This document shows, piece by piece, positions 15,913-20,000 of a stretch of DNA of 20,000 nt. Each line of letters begins with the position of its first letter. Within the stretch, counting starts at the first letter, position 1. The DNA comes from an uncultured virus (IMG/VR IMGVR_UViG_3300042554_002206) (lineage: Duplodnaviria; Heunggongvirae; Uroviricota; Caudoviricetes): IMG/VR virus record IMGVR_UViG_3300042554_002206; one strand, written 5' to 3'. Both the position numbers and the translations under genes were made by a program. The notes beneath the pieces were generated by a model that saw only the letters and a list, made by a program, of their open reading frames with translations, ran no database searches and had not been told where the DNA came from.

Positions 15913-16368
15913 TTACGCCACCTTCGGTTGCCGGGTGGCGCGACGGCCGCGTTTGCGGGGTGCTGGGGCTGGGGCGATCGGTTCTGGCGCCGGGGCCAGC
16001 AGAAGTGGCTCCGGCGTGGCGGCGAGCATTGCCAGCTTGCTCATCGCGTTCTGCATCGCAACTTCAGATTGGCGCCGCAACAGCCAATCCACAACTTCAG
16101 AACTGTTCCCGCCAAATGCCAACGCATAGCGCTCAGCAGCTGCTATAGCAGCGTCCAAATTCGGGGAGCTAACCGCCAAATTCGGGGAGCTAGCGGCGGC
16201 GCCGGGAAACTCCAGCGCTCGCAACCCTGCCCATGGGTGCTGCCAGGTGAAGCGCAGCCAGTCGGCGGCGACGATCAGCACAGCAACAGCAACGCCAATA
16301 GCGCGAGCGGTGGACTCGATCGCAGGGGCCCAGTCAGCCCGAAGTGCAGCCTTGATGGTGGTGTTCAT
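15913..16368 (-). CDS. Hypothetical protein with a putative transmembrane segment
   Basis: ATG 16368 (MNTTIK), hydrophobic AIGVAVAVLIVAA, a Pro/basic tail, and an internal 21-nt duplication (SSPNL twice). Confidence 0.6.
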   Translation of the reverse strand: MNTTIKAALRADWAPAIESTARAIGVAVAVLIVAADWLRFTWQHPWAGLRALEFPGAAASSPNLAVSSPNLDAAIAAAERYALAFGGNSSEVVDWLLRRQSEVAMQNAMSKLAMLAATPEPLLLAPAPEPIAPAPAPRKRGRRATRQPKVA

Positions 16369-16602
16369 TGTTTTTGGGGTGTGGATCACCAACCGGGGCC
16401 GCTCAGGGTCCTCTCCGGGTGGTTAAAAATGGTGCGTCGAATCGCTTCGACCCCCAAACCATACCCCATGGGGTGCGCGACTGCGAGTGCGGCCGCAACA
16501 ATCTGTAGTCCTTGCTGCTGCTACAATGGCGGAGCAACGGGGTGGTTCCTGTTGCGCACCGAGGCAGCTCGGTGGTGGTAGGCGGGCCCCTGGCGTTGAT
16601 CG

Positions 16603-17256
16603 TTAGGGGCTTCGCTGTTGGCGGCTAAGGGGGATCAATGTGATCAGCGCCCCTGGCCGTTCGTCACCAACGCACCAGCGTTTTTCGCAACTACCGCCAA
16701 CGATCCTGGCGTCATCTTGATACAGCAAGCCGGTAAGGGCGTCTTCAGTAGAGCGCTGTAGCTTGCTCCAGTCAGGCTGGACGCAGTGATACAGCGGCGA
16801 CTCGTTGCTGGTTGCGCTGCTCAACGCATCGTTCAGCGGCTTCAGGGTGCCACCCTTGCGGTAGTGATTGGCGGGCCGCTGGAACCGAAAGACCACAGAC
16901 ATACGCACTGGCCCGTGGAGCACGTACGCATCCTGTCGGGCCATGCAGGATCTGAGGTCTGGCAGAAACCCGCTCACGGCCGCCAGGGTGATCTGATACC
17001 GGCGAGGGCCAACCACCTTGAGCAGTTCGGCCGCCGTGAGATCGGGAGCTTGGCGCAACGCCAACCACGCGACCCATCGCCAGTCTGCCCAGTCGCTACA
17101 GACAGGCTGGCACAATGTTATGGCGGTCTTGGCCACCAACAACCGCCATGGCTTGACGTTCTTGCAAGATTCGATCATCACCCCTTTACCAACATGACGT
17201 TTGCTGCCCTGGGGTGCGGGCGCCATGTCCTCAACTAGGAAGGTGATGGGCTCCAT
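16603..17256 (-). CDS. rusA: RusA-like Holliday junction resolvase
   Basis: PAPQGSK, KPWR, GPVRMSVVFRF and PDWSKLQRSTEDALTGLLYQDDARIV. The ATG overlaps the ssb stop (TGATG). Confidence 0.85.
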   Translation of the reverse strand: MEPITFLVEDMAPAPQGSKRHVGKGVMIESCKNVKPWRLLVAKTAITLCQPVCSDWADWRWVAWLALRQAPDLTAAELLKVVGPRRYQITLAAVSGFLPDLRSCMARQDAYVLHGPVRMSVVFRFQRPANHYRKGGTLKPLNDALSSATSNESPLYHCVQPDWSKLQRSTEDALTGLLYQDDARIVGGSCEKRWCVGDERPGALITLIPLSRQQRSP

Positions 17257-17648
17257 CAAAATGGAAGGTCGTCGTCTAAGTCGTCAACGCGGTCTGCAAC
17301 GGACCCGCCAAAACCGCTGGCACCTGAGTCTTTCTTGCTATCCAGCAAGGTGAGATCCTTGACGTTAAGGACAATCTTGCTTCTTTCTTCTCCCGATACC
17401 CTATCGGCCCAAGTTTCGTTTTCAAGCTGGCCAGAGACGGCAATCATGCTGCCCTTGCGCACGTAGTTGGCTGCCACATCGGCGATCCTGCCCCAGATTT
17501 TGAGGTTAAGCCAAAGTGGTTTTTGATCGCGCTTCCAGCCGTCAACTGCGATGCTGAACTCAGCAACCATTTTGCCGGACTCGAAGTAACGGACTTCAGG
17601 ATCTTTACCAGCGCGACCGGTGAAGCTGCAGACGTTGAGGGATGTCAT
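17256..17648 (-). CDS. ssb: Single-stranded DNA-binding protein
   Basis: GRAGKDPEVRYFESG, YVRKGSMIAVSGQL and the acidic DDDLPF tail. Confidence 0.96.
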   Translation of the reverse strand: MTSLNVCSFTGRAGKDPEVRYFESGKMVAEFSIAVDGWKRDQKPLWLNLKIWGRIADVAANYVRKGSMIAVSGQLENETWADRVSGEERSKIVLNVKDLTLLDSKKDSGASGFGGSVADRVDDLDDDLPF

Positions 17649-17698
17649 GGTGATTGGGGTTAATAAAGGTTACCGGGTTGGCCCCGGCGGGCCGGTGG

Positions 17699-18079
17699 TT
17701 AGGCGGGCTCGGTGCTGCTTTTTTGCAGGGCGGCAATCCGTCGGTCGATCTTGAGCAGATCAGCCGCTGCCTTTTGTTCAATTTCATGGCGCATCGCGGC
17801 CAGCGCGAGCGCTTCGGTCGAATACATGCGTCGAGGCTGCTGGGATCCGCTTCTGTGCTTTCCAGCTTCAGGCGCGGGGCCAGTTCCGTGCGAAACGGTA
17901 CAGCTCCAACCCATGAAAGCCTCCCGAGTCCAGGCGTTGTAATCCCAACCCTGACTGTAGCCAGTTTCGGGTATTCCAACATCGCGTAAAACCGGGTTTG
18001 TCCATCGCAACGCGGCAAGCGTTTCGGCGCGGTCAATCGCTGCTTGCATCGCTGCCTGTTCTTTTTTGGTCATTGCCAT
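17699..18079 (-). CDS. Hypothetical phage protein
   Basis: 126-aa ORF between the recombinase and ssb. Alternative start at 18073. Confidence 0.65.
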   Translation of the reverse strand: MAMTKKEQAAMQAAIDRAETLAALRWTNPVLRDVGIPETGYSQGWDYNAWTREAFMGWSCTVSHGTGPAPEAGKHRSGSQQPRRMYSTEALALAAMRHEIEQKAAADLLKIDRRIAALQKSSTEPA

Positions 18080-18113
18080 GTGATTTGTTGCAAAGGTGTA
18101 CTGGATTGGCTAT

Positions 18114-19019
18114 TCAGGCAGCGGCGACAGCGCCGGCATCCGCAGCATTCGCCCCGGCGGCGTTCCACTTGGCGGCAGATGCGGCAGATACGCCAGCGGT
18201 GATCAGCTTCTCTTGCGTCTTCAGAGGCAAGCCCGCAACAGCGCCACACTGCCCGGCGCTCAATTCGTGGCACATGGCAGCGATGCCGAGCGCAGTAAGC
18301 CCCGCCTCCTGGCACGCCGTGATAGCCGCCGCCGTGGTGGCAGCAGGGCCGCTAAGGGGCTGGGTGGTGGCGCTGGGTGGCGCGGCGCTGCTGAGTGCCT
18401 GGGTGGCGGGGGCTAGCTGGCCAGCGGCAGGGCCCCGTCGAACAACGGTTGCCGAGGACTGGCGGGGGGCAGAAGATCCTGGATGTTGGGTTCGCTGTGA
18501 AGACGGTCGTTGGGAACCTGACGCAGGCGGGGCATCACCCTCTACCTCCCGCTGCAGCTTGTCGTAAAGGGCTAGGCCAAACGGGTTGCCGAAAGTCATC
18601 AGGGCCCGCTTCATCGCGTCGGTCTCTGCCTCCTTGAGCGCGGATTCATGGGCCTGTCCTAGGTCCACGTCGATGCCATGGCCAGCGCCGCTGCCTTCGC
18701 GGATGATTGGCTGCAGCCCGCCAGCAGTGACGGTGATGCGCACGCGGGCGCTGTAGGTGACACCCCAGCCGGGTCTTTGTTGTTTGCCGACTGGTCGCTC
18801 TAACTGAGAGACACACTTAAGACTGACAGTTTCACGCTGCCAGCCGTCAAAGCCAAAGATACGATTAGCTTCTGCAATTACAACCCAGCCTTCAATATAG
18901 CTGAGTTTCTGGCCAGATTGCTCGCGCTGTTTGACGTTGGCGCGATCAAGCGGCGCCGCCAGGGCTGCATTCTGCTCTAGCGAAAAACCAGCACGGTGGG
19001 CGGGTGTTGCTTCGCTCAT
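18114..19019 (-). CDS. Rad52/Rad22-family (Sak-like) single-strand annealing recombinase
   Basis: LSYIEGWVVIAEANRIFGFDGW, REGSGAG and HESALKEAETDAMKRALMTFGNPFGLALYDK. Confidence 0.93.
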   Translation of the reverse strand: MSEATPAHRAGFSLEQNAALAAPLDRANVKQREQSGQKLSYIEGWVVIAEANRIFGFDGWQRETVSLKCVSQLERPVGKQQRPGWGVTYSARVRITVTAGGLQPIIREGSGAGHGIDVDLGQAHESALKEAETDAMKRALMTFGNPFGLALYDKLQREVEGDAPPASGSQRPSSQRTQHPGSSAPRQSSATVVRRGPAAGQLAPATQALSSAAPPSATTQPLSGPAATTAAAITACQEAGLTALGIAAMCHELSAGQCGAVAGLPLKTQEKLITAGVSAASAAKWNAAGANAADAGAVAAA

Positions 19020-19366
19020 GGCTGCACCTTGCAGTGGTGGGCAATGCCGCGTTGGATGGTTGTTGTGTATTCATCAAGCTCTGGGCCGGTCCGCATTACC
19101 AAGGCCGCCAGCGCATCTCTCACCTCCTCCCACGTCGGCGGGGGTGGGGGCAGGGCGTGCAGGTTATCGGCGATGTCCTCCAGCTCTCTGGCGTCTACGA
19201 TTTTTGGGAATTCTTCGCTAATCTTCCAGAAGCCAGCTTGCGTCATCGCCTCACGGATCACCGCAGCGGCAAAGCGGCGATTCCAGTTAGGCATGGAAAC
19301 GTTAATACTTTGCCCCAAAACGCACTTTGCCTGGTAAGTCAGCGGTGGAAATTCATCGTGTGCCAT
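19016..19366 (-). CDS. Hypothetical protein, first gene of the leftward operon
   Basis: ATGA overlap with the recombinase; leader motif and promoter upstream. Confidence 0.65.
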   Translation of the reverse strand: MAHDEFPPLTYQAKCVLGQSINVSMPNWNRRFAAAVIREAMTQAGFWKISEEFPKIVDARELEDIADNLHALPPPPPTWEEVRDALAALVMRTGPELDEYTTTIQRGIAHHCKVQP

Positions 19367-19426
19367 AGGGGCTCCGGTGGTGGTGATGCCAGGGTGACAG
19401 CCGTGGGGATCTCCCCTGGCTTTGCA

Positions 19427-19456
19427 ATTCTACCATCTCCCTAAGCCGTTTGGGAA
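19427..19456 (-). promoter_or_regulatory. Putative leftward promoter with extended -10
   Basis: TTCCCA-18 nt-TAGAAT with TGG immediately before the -10. Confidence 0.5.
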
Positions 19457-19614
19457 CCGTGGCGACTGGGGATGCGGAAGCGGATCGTTGCGGTGATCCT
19501 ATGATAGGTCGGTGCTGGCCTGGGTTCGCCCTGGCGCCAGGCACAAAAAGCCCCCCGAGCGATCCAGGCGCGGAGGGCTTTGGTCAACAGAAACACCCAA
19601 CGGCAAGATTCTAC

Positions 19615-20000
19615 ATGACACAAGCCTCATGCGCTGCTGAGCCGGCAGCACGGATCACGCGGCCGCGCTTTGCCCAGGTGCCGATCGCATTGCTCGAAGC
19701 CTGCGCAGATCGCAAGGGCACCCTCTTTGTTTACTCCTGGCTGTGGCACTACGCCGGCCAGAACGACCAGGCGTTCCCCTCGATCGCCCGGCTCGCCATG
19801 GAGTGCCGCATGAAGGATGACCACGTTCGAGCGGCCCTGCGGTGGCTTGTGGAAAACGGCTGGATCAGTCGTGTTGACCGAGTGGGGCAGACGGCGCTTT
19901 TTCATGTGAGATACGAGCAGACCCCTCCCCCAAAAAGGGGACCCCTCCCCCAAAAAGGGGACCCCCCAAAAGGGGGACCCCCCCCCTCCCCCAAAAAGGG
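19615..20000 (+). CDS. HTH-domain phage replication initiator, 5' part (runs off the right edge)
   Basis: Hand translation MTQASCAAEPAARITRPRFAQVP...VYSWLWHYAGQNDQAFPSIARLAMECRM...VRAALRWLVENGWISR. AFPSI..LA plus a wHTH is typical of phage initiators. No stop within the window. Confidence 0.8.
   Translation, partial: MTQASCAAEPAARITRPRFAQVPIALLEACADRKGTLFVYSWLWHYAGQNDQAFPSIARLAMECRMKDDHVRAALRWLVENGWISRVDRVGQTALFHVRYEQTPPPKRGPLPQKGDPPKGGPPPSPKK
19921..20000. repeat. Iteron-like repeats inside the initiator gene (probable origin)
   Basis: ACCCCTCCCCCAAAAAGGGG twice exactly (19921-19960), then two variants. Confidence 0.75.

Larger units (their letters stand above)
1..20000. mobile_element. 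Temperate phage/prophage segment (replication, recombination and DNA-metabolism genes through the packaging genes), probably of a picocyanobacterium
   Basis: Terminase, Rad52/Sak, SSB, RusA-like, Gp157-like and replication-initiator genes are present, along with many small ORFs coupled by ATGA/GTGA overlaps. No host operons and no att site or integrase are visible. Confidence 0.93.

Noticed and set aside
16388..16424. Imperfect hairpin upstream of the 15913..16368 gene as a structured RNA
   Set aside because: It is a single weak stem in GC-rich DNA with no second copy or recognisable family.

Overview
The whole window is phage or prophage DNA. The host is probably a picocyanobacterium (Cyanobium/Synechococcus-like), judged from the cyanobacterial-type SSB, thymidylate kinase and RNA polymerase alpha-CTD signatures. 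Most genes form tightly coupled leftward (- strand) operons. These encode a Rad52/Sak recombinase, SSB, a RusA-like resolvase, a Gp157-like protein, two Zn-ribbon/alpha-CTD proteins, a duplicated Ala/Trp-repeat module, an SF2 helicase, a DNA methyltransferase, a minimal PolX, dCTP deaminase, a probable terminase small subunit, thymidylate kinase and the terminase large subunit. A rightward HTH replication-initiator gene with iteron-like repeats runs off the right edge. The standout is a + strand cassette at about 13929-15908, oriented against the flanking operons. It holds a stand-alone RAMP/Cas7-like gene, a ~620-nt non-coding array of GGY-NN pentamers split into ~14-15 units by a GCAGG motif, a hairpin, an accessory gene and a terminator. 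This looks like a non-CRISPR, RNA-guided phage system and matches my recollection of the recently reported VIPR-type architecture, which needs checking. All family calls come from motif recognition by eye; no searches were run.
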